Numbered from the stretch's first letter, positions 27,724 through 37,722 are shown. The stretch is DNA of 55,460 nucleotides from a virus (IMGVR_UViG_3300018414_000006:64001-119460); one strand, 5' to 3'. The notes: generated by a model from the sequence alone, not told the origin. Made by a program: numbers and translations.

Positions 27724-28040
27724 GAAATTCTTGGCGTTTCAACATGAAAATTAAAGCTAATGCGCCATACTCTCTGTACATCCTTCCTGATGGGCATACT
27801 TCGGGCAATAATGTGCTTGATTCGTTTACAGACGACTCAGATAACATGATAACGTTCACGAAAGGAGCAATCATGAGACTTAAATCTTCTTTACAGGAAT
27901 GCTACACGGAAGAAGCGCTTGAACCAGATGGATTACCTCAACTTGAAGAGGCACATGATGCATATTCAAACTATGTTAAAAGCGCATTAAAAAGAATTGA
28001 AACAGATAGCAGTAGCATTGAAAATAAAAAGATGTACTAA
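27717..28040 (+). CDS. Hypothetical protein
   Basis: Overlaps the endolysin stop; alternative ATG 27744. Confidence 0.5.
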   Translation: MVGNSWRFNMKIKANAPYSLYILPDGHTSGNNVLDSFTDDSDNMITFTKGAIMRLKSSLQECYTEEALEPDGLPQLEEAHDAYSNYVKSALKRIETDSSSIENKKMY

Positions 28041-28076
28041 ACTACTTTTAAACTAGCTTTATTGATGAGGTCAAAA

Positions 28077-28298
28077 ATGGATATCGACACGGATCAGGCG
28101 TATGAGCTTCAAGATCTTGTTATGAGAAGTCAGATTCAAAATATACGAAACAATGTTGGCAGATCTTTACTGCCAAGTGGGTATTGCTACTATTGTGGAG
28201 AAGAAATTCATTCTCCTTTAATTTTCTGCGATGCTTTGTGTAGGGATGATTATGAAAAAGAAGAATATTTAAGAAAGATTGCGGGAAGGGTTGAATAG
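28077..28298 (+). CDS. TraR/DksA-like C4 zinc-finger protein
   Basis: SD GAGGT before ATG 28077. N-terminal DIDTDQAYE helix, CYYC-x10-CxxxC finger, C-terminal CRDDYEK. Confidence 0.65.
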   Translation: MDIDTDQAYELQDLVMRSQIQNIRNNVGRSLLPSGYCYYCGEEIHSPLIFCDALCRDDYEKEEYLRKIAGRVE

Positions 28299-28320
28299 TT
28301 AAAAATCCAGGGTACAAAAA

Positions 28321-31056
28321 ATGAAAAATGCTTTGATTATTGATATTTCAGCAAGATCCAGGGAAGTAGGGTTTAACAATTTACAAGGTAATTATTCCAG
28401 AAACAACCTTGTAAATCAGACATTGACGTTGAATCCAAATCAAAGGTACCCTGGACAGTCTGGTTTTAGCATACTGACTTTACAGGTTATCTCAGGTGGT
28501 CCTCTGCTACTTCAGGCTACAAAAGGTACTGATACAAATTATATTAATCAACTAATAAATCAAACTACCGTAATAGATCAAACAGTTGATCGATTTTACA
28601 TAACTAATACAGGAACATTGCCAGCTATAATCAATCTGACCTATAATGCTGCTACTTCAAGTAATGTGGTCACTTCAGTTAATGGCCAAACTGGAGATGT
28701 ACTTCTTGTTGCCGATGATATCGATGGTATATCTGAAGTAGGAATGACCGGTCAATATACAGATCTGCTAGGAATTCCCAAAACGTTTAATCCGGTAGTA
28801 GCTACTTCCAATACGTTAGGTGGAGTTATAGCTGGTTACGGAACGTCAATAAATGAAGACGGAAATCTTATAACCAGTTTGCACAATTATGCAGAACTTC
28901 GGGCGTATTCAGATAGTGCAACCGTTATAAATATTGCAGAACCACAATTCAGCGGTACTTTCATTGTAGATTCTTCTGATACAACCTCTGTAGATGATGG
29001 GGGTATTGTAATAGTTGATGTACTCAACAGACGATGGAAACGTCAGTTTGTAGATGCAATAAGTCTGGATTGGTTTGGTCCCGCAGGTGACGGAGTGACG
29101 CTAGATGATGTTCCAATACAGGCAGCAGTTCAATATGATTATCCAATTGAGTTGCGCGAAAATGCAGTTTATCTGATGAGTCAAACAGTGGTGAAAAATG
29201 GAGGAAGTTTCATTCTTCGTAATCCTGCTACATTCAAGTTAGCAGACAACATTATTGTAAATACAGATACTGACTATGCTCATTTTACTGCGCTATTTCG
29301 ATTACAAGGAATGTCAAGGGTTGATATTGGAACAAATATAACCTTTGATCATAATAAACTTAATCAGACATATCCTGCAACATACGCACGTCCTGGGCGA
29401 GGTTCAAATCCCTTTCGTCATAATGCTTCAGTAGAGATATGTCCTGATATAACAAATACATACCCTTCCCAAAATATACGAATTCATGGAGCTAAGTTCA
29501 TAAATAGCTACCTTAATGGATTAGCTTTGTGGCAGGTTAAAGATGCGTGGATCGGTGAATGTGTGATGGAAAATACTACCTGGAGTGGTATTTCTGGAGC
29601 GGGATTACGCAATGTGCGCTTTTTCAGAAATAATGCATATCGTTGCGGAGTATCCGCACAGTTTCCACAAACACAACAGACAGGGGATCGTTCAGGTATT
29701 CAGATAAGAGAATTTCCCATTGGATTCACTTTTGAAACTGAAGGCATACCCTGTATTGTGACTGGGGAATTTTCCAATGGTGGTATCAGCATGTTTGTTG
29801 ATTTCAGCGAAAATTATGGGGAAGAATGTGGAGTAGAAACCATTTTTGGACGTGCCATAAAAGGATTAAGTGGTGGCAGGAACAGATCATATAATTGCGG
29901 ATATTCACGTCCGCTAGGTTCTCCTTTCTATCCGGGGCATATATGGTTTGAAAGTGTAGAAGGTGCTAACACAGATAATGTCATCTATCAGGATAAAGTT
30001 GAAGATGGAGATATGAAGCCTGATGGAATAGTTGCTTATGCCATGACAGGTGACGCATCTGCACTTTTTCCATTTGTTGGCAATTATCACATGGATATAC
30101 GTGGCAGTAAGGTACATTCTGCCAAAGATGATCAGGGTAATCCTATTCCCGGTTTATTGTATAGAGGACTGCGTATTTCCTCTAATGTGAATGCCGATCA
30201 TGCAAATATTGATGGTACAGATAATGATGGCATTCTCATGACTAACATGAACAGTTTTGAGAATCCTGCGGTATGTACACATGATAGTTCTGCAAACAAT
30301 AGCATTATATTAAACACCAACCAAACTCAAGATCTGGCAGTTTCTGGTGGACCTATTGAAATTCAGAAATATGGTCCTGATACTGGTGGCGTTCCCACAA
30401 ATATATTTGCATTGAATTGTACTGTAGATGAAGGCAAACCTGTTCTTGTATTTAATGGAAACATCAATAACGTTGCATTTCCTCCAGTGAATGTTACTTT
30501 TTCACCGGGGCCAGGCAGTATAAATGCTACTAGCGAAATGGTATATCACAGTCAGGATGCACCATTCTATAGAATTTGCAAAAATACTTACATTGGAGAA
30601 AATGCTGTTGCTGCATTTCAAACAGTTTCTAATGCAGGTAACATGGTGGATATAGGTACTACAAGTAGTCTGTATTCTGGTTCTTATGGTGTGCCTTATT
30701 GTGCATTTATCTATGCGTCAGGAGCTAACACAGGCGGACTGTTTGTTACTGCTTTTGGTGGTCCCATTATATTCCGGCCACAAGCTTCCCGTTCGTTGTC
30801 GCTGTTTTCTTCTGGTAGAAGCAGATTCGGTATTACTGCGGCAGATGATGGAATAAACACTATTCAAACCGATGGATTGATTGGCCTTCATTCATATACT
30901 GTTGCAAATTTACCTGTGGGCATGAACGGATCTATCTGTTATGCAAGTAATGGATTAAAAGTGGGCGAATTACCAGGAGCAGGATCGGGAGTACCAGTGT
31001 ATTATTCAGGAGGTCAATGGCGAGTGTGGTCTACAGATCAACCAGTATCATCTTGA
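28321..31056 (+). CDS. Tailspike / depolymerase
   Basis: DDGGIVIV...RRWKRQF head-binding type motif, FGPAGDGVTLDDVPIQAA pectate-lyase-3 start, beta-helical body. Confidence 0.8.
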   Translation: MKNALIIDISARSREVGFNNLQGNYSRNNLVNQTLTLNPNQRYPGQSGFSILTLQVISGGPLLLQATKGTDTNYINQLINQTTVIDQTVDRFYITNTGTLPAIINLTYNAATSSNVVTSVNGQTGDVLLVADDIDGISEVGMTGQYTDLLGIPKTFNPVVATSNTLGGVIAGYGTSINEDGNLITSLHNYAELRAYSDSATVINIAEPQFSGTFIVDSSDTTSVDDGGIVIVDVLNRRWKRQFVDAISLDWFGPAGDGVTLDDVPIQAAVQYDYPIELRENAVYLMSQTVVKNGGSFILRNPATFKLADNIIVNTDTDYAHFTALFRLQGMSRVDIGTNITFDHNKLNQTYPATYARPGRGSNPFRHNASVEICPDITNTYPSQNIRIHGAKFINSYLNGLALWQVKDAWIGECVMENTTWSGISGAGLRNVRFFRNNAYRCGVSAQFPQTQQTGDRSGIQIREFPIGFTFETEGIPCIVTGEFSNGGISMFVDFSENYGEECGVETIFGRAIKGLSGGRNRSYNCGYSRPLGSPFYPGHIWFESVEGANTDNVIYQDKVEDGDMKPDGIVAYAMTGDASALFPFVGNYHMDIRGSKVHSAKDDQGNPIPGLLYRGLRISSNVNADHANIDGTDNDGILMTNMNSFENPAVCTHDSSANNSIILNTNQTQDLAVSGGPIEIQKYGPDTGGVPTNIFALNCTVDEGKPVLVFNGNINNVAFPPVNVTFSPGPGSINATSEMVYHSQDAPFYRICKNTYIGENAVAAFQTVSNAGNMVDIGTTSSLYSGSYGVPYCAFIYASGANTGGLFVTAFGGPIIFRPQASRSLSLFSSGRSRFGITAADDGINTIQTDGLIGLHSYTVANLPVGMNGSICYASNGLKVGELPGAGSGVPVYYSGGQWRVWSTDQPVSS

Positions 31057-31068
31057 GGAGTTTTCTTT

Positions 31069-31446
31069 ATGAAAGATGAATGCGGTATTATTTCTGTACC
31101 AATAGTATCCAAAAATGCTTTAAAATTATCACTTTCAATTTCAAAAGGTTTTGGAACTATAATCAGACAGGTTGGAACTTACGATAGTTTGTATCGAAGT
31201 AATGATATTATTGATCAGCGACTTGAACTGTTGCCTTCTAATCGGTTTGATACAAGTGCAGTAGAAGTCATAGCAATATTCAGCACACAGCCATTGATTG
31301 CTGTTTTAACAAGAGCAGAATATCAGAATTCAATAAATGTGAATTCGATGCTAGTGCTAGATACTCACTATGATAATATTTCTTTAGTAAATCTATCAAC
31401 TTCAAGTAACGCCATCATCAATATATCTTATATTCCATCTGCATAA
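31069..31446 (+). CDS. Stand-alone paralog of the tailspike N-terminal module
   Basis: Shares KNAL, Y-x-x-x-x-R-x-N, Q-x-L-x-L-x-P-x-x-R, PL and AIINxxY pattern with aa 1-108 of 28321-31056. Confidence 0.65.
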   Translation: MKDECGIISVPIVSKNALKLSLSISKGFGTIIRQVGTYDSLYRSNDIIDQRLELLPSNRFDTSAVEVIAIFSTQPLIAVLTRAEYQNSINVNSMLVLDTHYDNISLVNLSTSSNAIINISYIPSA

Positions 31447-31448
31447 AT

Positions 31449-31472
31449 AAGGGGCCACAAATGTGGCCCCTT
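31449..31472. terminator. Bidirectional intrinsic terminator
   Basis: AAGGGGCCAC/GTGGCCCCTT stem between convergent operons. Confidence 0.88.
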
Positions 31473-31477
31473 TCTAT

Positions 31478-32104
31478 TTATCGAAGGTCATGAACACTTT
31501 CAAATACTGTTATATCATTAAGAGTTTTTGCAGATTTGATAGATTCTCTTTTTGCTTGCATTGATGCAAGTTCTAGAAAATATGCTTTATTGTAAGAGTC
31601 TGCTTTGTCCACAATGCTTTGTGCCATTTCTTTGACAGTTATACCACGAGCATCTGCCAGAGTCTGTAAAAGTGAGGAAGTGAATTTTCCTGTTAGAACC
31701 TGTTCGGCTTCAGAAAGCTGAAGATTCCAGGATTCTTGTTCTTCAGGAAAATATTTACCATTTTTCAATTGCTCTATTGCATATGCAAATTGTGCATTCA
31801 CTTGCAAAAGAGCCTTATTCTGTAGTACCGAAAGATCCATTGCGCGAACGTCCGGTCCCAACACCCAGCCAATGCCATCATGATAGGCAATCTCTCCTGA
31901 AGAAGGAATTGGCGGTGGATATTCACTACTATTTTCTGGAGGTGTATTCTCGATTGGTAATTCGACAGAACTGCCTGAATATACCATTAGTTTTGAATTT
32001 GCTATTAGTGGAACGTAAGGGTACCAGATTTTTGTGGTAGGCGCAGGCGGCTCAATTGCGAATTGTTGTGATTCTTCAGCCATTGTTGTCGTTTCATGAG
32101 GCAT
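31478..32104 (-). CDS. Tail fibre assembly chaperone-like protein
   Basis: EEQESWNLQLSEA...LLQTLADARGITVKEMAQSIVDKA pattern; downstream of fibre gene. Confidence 0.65.
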   Translation of the reverse strand: MPHETTTMAEESQQFAIEPPAPTTKIWYPYVPLIANSKLMVYSGSSVELPIENTPPENSSEYPPPIPSSGEIAYHDGIGWVLGPDVRAMDLSVLQNKALLQVNAQFAYAIEQLKNGKYFPEEQESWNLQLSEAEQVLTGKFTSSLLQTLADARGITVKEMAQSIVDKADSYNKAYFLELASMQAKRESIKSAKTLNDITVFESVHDLR

Positions 32105-32118
32105 GATAGCTTTCTCTT

Positions 32119-32652
32119 TCAGGGAATAGATATGAGGTTGTTTGGAAAATCAGACACACTGCCGGAGTTCAACAAGTTCAATGTTTTTTTGCACTGTATT
32201 AAAAATTGAGCTACACCTTTGGAAAATTTCATAAATGAAGCAGTAGTTTTAAAAATGTGAGGATTTCCATCTTTGTCGGGCCATTCCAGAAAACTTCCTG
32301 TAGAAAATTCTCCGTACATACTGACGTATTGTGCTTCTTGGTTCAATTGAAGCTGACTTTGTGAATCAATACAATAAGTACCATTAAGACTGGATACTTT
32401 ATCACTGATAACAATCACTCCATTTTGAATAAGCTCAAGATACATATCTTCAGGCGTTGGTGTGTATTTTTGTATCTTTCCATAATTTCCTGCCAAAGCA
32501 TTATTATAAATCTCGGCACCGTGAATTTCGGGATCATTAGCAGTAGCAATAAATGGAACGGAATTTTCAAATTCCGCGAATCTGACCATACATGATATAA
32601 ACTGATTATTCTTATCTGCATAGCGTAATTCAGTAACTTCTATATAGTTCAT
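32119..32652 (-). CDS. Tail fibre assembly protein (DUF4376-like)
   Basis: VPFIATANDPEIHGAEIYNNALAGNYG motif. ATGA-coupled start at 32652 with SD GAGGA. Confidence 0.65.
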   Translation of the reverse strand: MNYIEVTELRYADKNNQFISCMVRFAEFENSVPFIATANDPEIHGAEIYNNALAGNYGKIQKYTPTPEDMYLELIQNGVIVISDKVSSLNGTYCIDSQSQLQLNQEAQYVSMYGEFSTGSFLEWPDKDGNPHIFKTTASFMKFSKGVAQFLIQCKKTLNLLNSGSVSDFPNNLISIP

Positions 32653-34199
32653 GCAATCCTCACCCAAACATTCCAATAATCGGAAGCAGCCGAAGCTGTA
32701 CCATTTGACAACCATGTACCAGGTCTTCCTGGAAGAGATCTGACAGTACCTTCTGGAGCAGCCTGACTACTATTACCCTGCAACACAATAAAAGCAACAT
32801 ACCCTATTCCGTTAACTGTTAACGGATTAAAATTTGAGGTTGACCAAAGGCCTGTGCCGCCCTGCTTGCCCCCCATAAGAAGTGGAAACCAGCTAGTCCA
32901 GCTTGAACCTGTCCAACTTCTATAGGCAATAGGTACACCATTGTTCCCTTGTGCGTCGCCGCCGCCAGTACTTTGTGGATAATAAATTTGCGTATAATCG
33001 CCATATGCAATTATCACTATATTGCCATCCCAGGCATATGGCATGTTGGCAGGAAAACCATAGGTAGCAGAAGCGGTGGTATACACACCACTAGCAAATG
33101 CAGTGGAATTTAAATCATCTGATCCAGTAAGAATTCTACCCGTGTTTTGTGATGGTGCATGCAGCAATCCTGCTGCCTGTATGGCACCATTTTGCACAAA
33201 AATTCCGAGACTTCCATAGGCTAATCCAGGAACATTATTTTGTGCCAAGGGTGGTTGCGCAGGAGGATCTACAATCTGATTATAAAAAAGAGTACCTCCA
33301 GCCTGATCACATCTATAGATACGTATATATTCTCCTGATGGAGAAGGCGCTACAGGTAAAGGATAATTATTATAGGTTCCATCGTTTGTTACATTGAGAT
33401 TAAATCGATAGTTTGTTCCGCTAGAAACTACTGAAGATACTGATCTTAGATATCCTTCAGGAGTCAATATGAGAAATCTTCGATTAGGAGCGGATAAATC
33501 TGAACTGTGACAATGAGAAGCAGGTACTTCAATCCAGGAAGTGGATGAAGCCATTACTGGATAGTAGCTACTGCCTATAGCTACATTGTAGTAGGGATTG
33601 TATTCATTGGTTACAGTCCATATAGTACTTGCAGAAGGCTGAAGTAAAGTATTTCCAAAGAAAGGTGACAATTCTCTAACCATAGTCAGCGGAATATCTG
33701 GATTGGCAGATTGCCCAGGAGGATAAACCTCAGACCATGAATAGGCTTCCCATACAGAAGGTGGACCACATAAAGTTGTAATTTGAAAAACAGCTACAGA
33801 TTGTTGAAGTTTCAACAGACAGTTAAGAGTGTACGAAGTTGCTACACCTGAACCCAATGAAGAGTACTTGGTTTGTGGCGTATCAAATACTGCCTTAGCA
33901 AACATAGTGCCATCGGATAAAAACAGTGCAACTTCTCCAAAATTAAACGGACCCGCATTAGGTGGTATGTCGCAAATAATATTGATTGTGTTGTTTCCCA
34001 CATTTTCATAAGAAGTAGGAGTTCCTTCAAATAACAGATTTCCGTTCAATCCGATGTCATTTATATCAGGAGTATAGCCATAACCATCTCCTATTTGAAA
34101 AGAAGTGATACTGATCCACGGACCTGTTGGGCTGGCAGTAGAGGCAACTGCCAGCCCAAGATTGGTAATAAGAAATTGCGGTGTAGCAATGCTGCTCAT
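32649..34199 (-). CDS. Baseplate-proximal tail fibre
   Basis: N-terminal collar/anchor domain (ITNLGLAVA...ITSFQIGDG...FNFGEVALF) paralogous to the 18336 fibre; knob-like C-terminal region. Confidence 0.75.
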   Translation of the reverse strand: MSSIATPQFLITNLGLAVASTASPTGPWISITSFQIGDGYGYTPDINDIGLNGNLLFEGTPTSYENVGNNTINIICDIPPNAGPFNFGEVALFLSDGTMFAKAVFDTPQTKYSSLGSGVATSYTLNCLLKLQQSVAVFQITTLCGPPSVWEAYSWSEVYPPGQSANPDIPLTMVRELSPFFGNTLLQPSASTIWTVTNEYNPYYNVAIGSSYYPVMASSTSWIEVPASHCHSSDLSAPNRRFLILTPEGYLRSVSSVVSSGTNYRFNLNVTNDGTYNNYPLPVAPSPSGEYIRIYRCDQAGGTLFYNQIVDPPAQPPLAQNNVPGLAYGSLGIFVQNGAIQAAGLLHAPSQNTGRILTGSDDLNSTAFASGVYTTASATYGFPANMPYAWDGNIVIIAYGDYTQIYYPQSTGGGDAQGNNGVPIAYRSWTGSSWTSWFPLLMGGKQGGTGLWSTSNFNPLTVNGIGYVAFIVLQGNSSQAAPEGTVRSLPGRPGTWLSNGTASAASDYWNVWVRIA

Positions 34200-34215
34200 G
34201 TAGTATCCCTATAAG

Positions 34216-34599
34216 TTAGGAAAGTCCTTCAAACAAAACTATAAATTTTCCAGAAGTAGCAGTAAGATTATTTAAATACATGCAATCTGTTCGAATGAAA
34301 AAATTCAAGTTTCCCGCCACACCAGTAGTTGGCAGAGGTGTATCGGTACGTAAAGTTATACCAGAGTTGCCAAAAGTTATTAGCGGTGTAGTGTTGCCTC
34401 TCTGTACAATGCCTGAAAAATAATTGGACACTAACGCATCTTTTTCAAAAATGGTTAATTTAAAAACAGTCTGCCCTTCAGACACTGGAATGGGTGTTAT
34501 TGTAGTAGGTTGAAGCATACACAACCATTGATTAGTACCTGTCTGAAATATAACAGGTCCATTTAGAACCATGGAATCAATGAAAGGATATTTGTTCAT
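34216..34599 (-). CDS. Hypothetical baseplate-region protein
   Basis: 127 aa; no clear SD, and the reading frame is open upstream into the previous gene. Confidence 0.55.
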   Translation of the reverse strand: MNKYPFIDSMVLNGPVIFQTGTNQWLCMLQPTTITPIPVSEGQTVFKLTIFEKDALVSNYFSGIVQRGNTTPLITFGNSGITLRTDTPLPTTGVAGNLNFFIRTDCMYLNNLTATSGKFIVLFEGLS

Positions 34600-34652
34600 A
34601 TTGTCGGCTTTGACACTGCCAAGAGAACTTCCGCCAACCCTAATTGTATTGT

Positions 34653-35489
34653 CTATACCAAATCTATAACAGGAGGTTCTCCTGCTCCTCCAGTAAATCT
34701 TTGTACATTGGAAATTACTATAGAATTATGAGTCCATAATCCAAGTGCCACAACAGTAGCATTTGTATATCCAGGAATCAGTTCATCAACTATAGGTAAA
34801 TTAAAAGAAAATTCAATAGCATGAAGTACAAGATTATAGTTTGCTATTTCATAGAAAAAACTTGTTAGGGTAGCAGGATCAATGGATCCTAGATCTCCAT
34901 TCTGTGCAACTATATCAACATGAGTTGTGGGATACCAGGTACCTCCTTCCCATATAGGTGTACCTATTTCTGCATCACCTTCTGCAACAAAATTTACATA
35001 GTCTTCTGTCCAGAGTTTAGTAACCTGTAATGAGGTTGATAAACAATAGTTAATAAAGTCTATAAAAGATTGTGTACCTTTTTCAAACCAGTACATGCCT
35101 AACCATCTGCTTATAGTCTGATAGCTATCATTGCTTATAAGACCGGCAGAAGTCAGTTTTAATCCGAGCATGTTCACCTGACGCACAAGTATTTCACGCT
35201 CTGGTTGTGGCCATGCTTCAAAAGGAATCATTTCTGAACTATCAATATAGTTCGTTTCCAATGCCACATTAGTAGGCCACATATTACGCAGGCCACCAAC
35301 TATTTCTGTTTTACGATCTACATTTTGATCAAATACAGTATCTATAGCATCTGCATAAGCTACAAAATAATCATTAGAAGACAGATAGGGAGGAAGTAAT
35401 ATAGATCGAGGAAGTCTATATCCAAGTCGTTTATTCTGCGCAATAGTATTGTCGGGTTGATCTTCAACATACGTATATTCTGTTGTCAT
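34653..35489 (-). CDS. Baseplate wedge protein (P2 gpI / T4 gp7-like)
   Basis: Synteny after the gp6/J-like gene; WFEKGTQSFIDFINY motif. Confidence 0.55.
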   Translation of the reverse strand: MTTEYTYVEDQPDNTIAQNKRLGYRLPRSILLPPYLSSNDYFVAYADAIDTVFDQNVDRKTEIVGGLRNMWPTNVALETNYIDSSEMIPFEAWPQPEREILVRQVNMLGLKLTSAGLISNDSYQTISRWLGMYWFEKGTQSFIDFINYCLSTSLQVTKLWTEDYVNFVAEGDAEIGTPIWEGGTWYPTTHVDIVAQNGDLGSIDPATLTSFFYEIANYNLVLHAIEFSFNLPIVDELIPGYTNATVVALGLWTHNSIVISNVQRFTGGAGEPPVIDLV

Positions 35490-35498
35490 TTATACTCC

Positions 35499-37298
35499 CT
35501 AATCAGTAACAGAGCGCGATGGATTGCTGCCACCTATTTGCTGCTGACGTTCAGAATAGAATACATTTATAGTTAAATTGTTGAGCTGATTATATCGTAT
35601 TGGAGTATCTGCAATTGCGTTTGGAGGATTACCGGATGGCACAATAGAACCATCATCAATAAATTGTAATTGAGTTGCAGGAACTTCTGCAAGAAGCCCA
35701 AGTGAACTAGCTGATCTACCCCATATCTTGTAAGATTGCGCATTATAGATAGCAGGCCAGTTCAATTGAATTCCGTAAGTATTTACAGAAGTAACAATCT
35801 GAGGAAATACCCAATTAGTAGGTGTTCCCTCTTCGCCAGTATTCAATACCGTAGATATTCCATAAGCGTATACCAATGATCCCAAACTTCCACCGGTCGG
35901 AAGTAGTGTGTATGTTGCTTGAGGACTTTCAGGGGCAGTAACGATCATAGAGCCAGTGGGTGAATTAACAATGACATATGAGACAAGTCCGGGAGAACCA
36001 AGGAATATGGCATCTACAAGATCTGAAACATAAAAATTCGTCATCAAAATACCCGGTCTTGGAGCAAACAGATTCTGTATAGCAGTTATTGAATTCTGTT
36101 GTACAAGTGTAGGAACGGCAGAGTTAAAACAATATACATCAAGTGAAACGTCCCTCGGAACAGCAATTGCATCTTGCCAAAGAAAATATGCTGCATACAT
36201 TGTTACAGTCTGACAATAATCAGTGAATTCCTTTTTTTGTGCCTGTGTCCAGGGAGAAGTTGTCAATGCCGAAACTCTTATGACATTCATCCATCGATAG
36301 TCACTTGGGTTAATTTCTCTTTGTGCTTGTGTCACGGCATCTACAATTCCAGGAAAAGTTGCAATTATAGCCTGATATTGTGACTTGGTTACAGCAGAAC
36401 TATACGTACCGAAAGCACCGCTAGCCGCATTCTTGTAAGCAATAACAGGTTTATCGTTTGAACCACCAGAAGGATTATCAAGAAAAGTACCAGAAATCTG
36501 TGAAAATCCTGCAATTGCAATAGTTTTGTTTATTGTGCTAAGTGTGTTACCTGCAATTCCCGATGTTATTGGATAAGTTATGGTCACTACATCATTGATT
36601 CCCGGAATAGATCCAAAAAATCCATTCAAACCACCGCTATTACCAAAAACTATCAGTAGCCTGCCGTCGTGTAATGTCTGATCCGAAAAAGCAGGAAGGC
36701 CGCTGTAATTCCACAAAGTGCCATAAGATTTTGGAATGAAAACTCCATTTATCTGAACATAGACATCCTGATCAGATATGGTAAATCCATCTTGCAGTGA
36801 AGTAAATGTCTGGCGATCCTGTCCTAGTCCATTTAACGTATAACTGTAAATTTGACCTTCTGACAGGTATATGGTTTGTGGAATATTAGCAAGCAAAGTT
36901 ATCTGTTGTGGATTGAAAAAATAACTACTTCCACTAGTGAATTGAGTAAGCGGCGGCAACGATACACTTACGGGAGAAACTAACGATACAGGAACAGTAG
37001 CTGGAAGATATCTGCTTATACGTAATCCCTGCATTTGTGCAATGGAAAGAATTGCATCATCGGAAAGTGCAGTTTCTGCAAAACAGTCTTCATAAGAACG
37101 TAAAAGACGTCCCTGCGCAAAAGTAGCTACAGTTGATATAAACTCAATCAATGTTTCAGAAGTCTGTGTGGTTAAATTTCCTTGCCAAACAGGATCATTT
37201 ATAAGAGCTGTTTGAAACTGTGTTACGAAATCATCAAAATCCACTCCCAAATCAGAGAGCGTTAGTACGGGATTACTTGCGGTAGAAGGTGTAGACAT
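35499..37298 (-). CDS. Baseplate wedge protein (T4 gp6 / baseplate J-like)
   Basis: AETALSDDAILSIAQMQG, IVFGNSG, PSGGSN, SAVTKSQY (cf. RAVTxxDY). Confidence 0.8.
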   Translation of the reverse strand: MSTPSTASNPVLTLSDLGVDFDDFVTQFQTALINDPVWQGNLTTQTSETLIEFISTVATFAQGRLLRSYEDCFAETALSDDAILSIAQMQGLRISRYLPATVPVSLVSPVSVSLPPLTQFTSGSSYFFNPQQITLLANIPQTIYLSEGQIYSYTLNGLGQDRQTFTSLQDGFTISDQDVYVQINGVFIPKSYGTLWNYSGLPAFSDQTLHDGRLLIVFGNSGGLNGFFGSIPGINDVVTITYPITSGIAGNTLSTINKTIAIAGFSQISGTFLDNPSGGSNDKPVIAYKNAASGAFGTYSSAVTKSQYQAIIATFPGIVDAVTQAQREINPSDYRWMNVIRVSALTTSPWTQAQKKEFTDYCQTVTMYAAYFLWQDAIAVPRDVSLDVYCFNSAVPTLVQQNSITAIQNLFAPRPGILMTNFYVSDLVDAIFLGSPGLVSYVIVNSPTGSMIVTAPESPQATYTLLPTGGSLGSLVYAYGISTVLNTGEEGTPTNWVFPQIVTSVNTYGIQLNWPAIYNAQSYKIWGRSASSLGLLAEVPATQLQFIDDGSIVPSGNPPNAIADTPIRYNQLNNLTINVFYSERQQQIGGSNPSRSVTD

Positions 37299-37299
37299 G

Positions 37300-37716
37300 T
37301 CATACAGCCTGTAAATTGTAAGAAGCGCTTTGTTTTAACGAACTGAGTTGTGTAGTATAGCTTAATCTTAAATTGTATCCAGGAATACTCAAATCCGGTT
37401 GTACAAAGGAATTAGTCATGTCTATAGTAATCCTTGGTTCCCATTGAGCAAGTGCCTGAAAAAATGCCACTCTTATAGAACGAGAAGTAACATCATCTAT
37501 AGGCTCTTGAAGAAATTGATACCACAAAGTACCGTACTGAGGCTGAAATGTTCTGCTACGCGCACCTATAGGACAATTGAGTAAATTAAAAATGCTGTTA
37601 GCTATTGCTAGTTCATCAGGCACACGACCCGGAAGACTATTTACGGTGAACTGACTATTAACGTCAATCCAGGTTGCTCCTGTGAGTGATAGTTGAAATA
37701 GTGTAGGCTGTGTCAT
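37300..37716 (-). CDS. Baseplate protein gp25/gpW-like
   Basis: AIANSIFNLLNCPIGARSRTFQPQYGT...QWEPRI pattern. Confidence 0.82.
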   Translation of the reverse strand: MTQPTLFQLSLTGATWIDVNSQFTVNSLPGRVPDELAIANSIFNLLNCPIGARSRTFQPQYGTLWYQFLQEPIDDVTSRSIRVAFFQALAQWEPRITIDMTNSFVQPDLSIPGYNLRLSYTTQLSSLKQSASYNLQAV

Positions 37717-37722
37717 AGTTCA

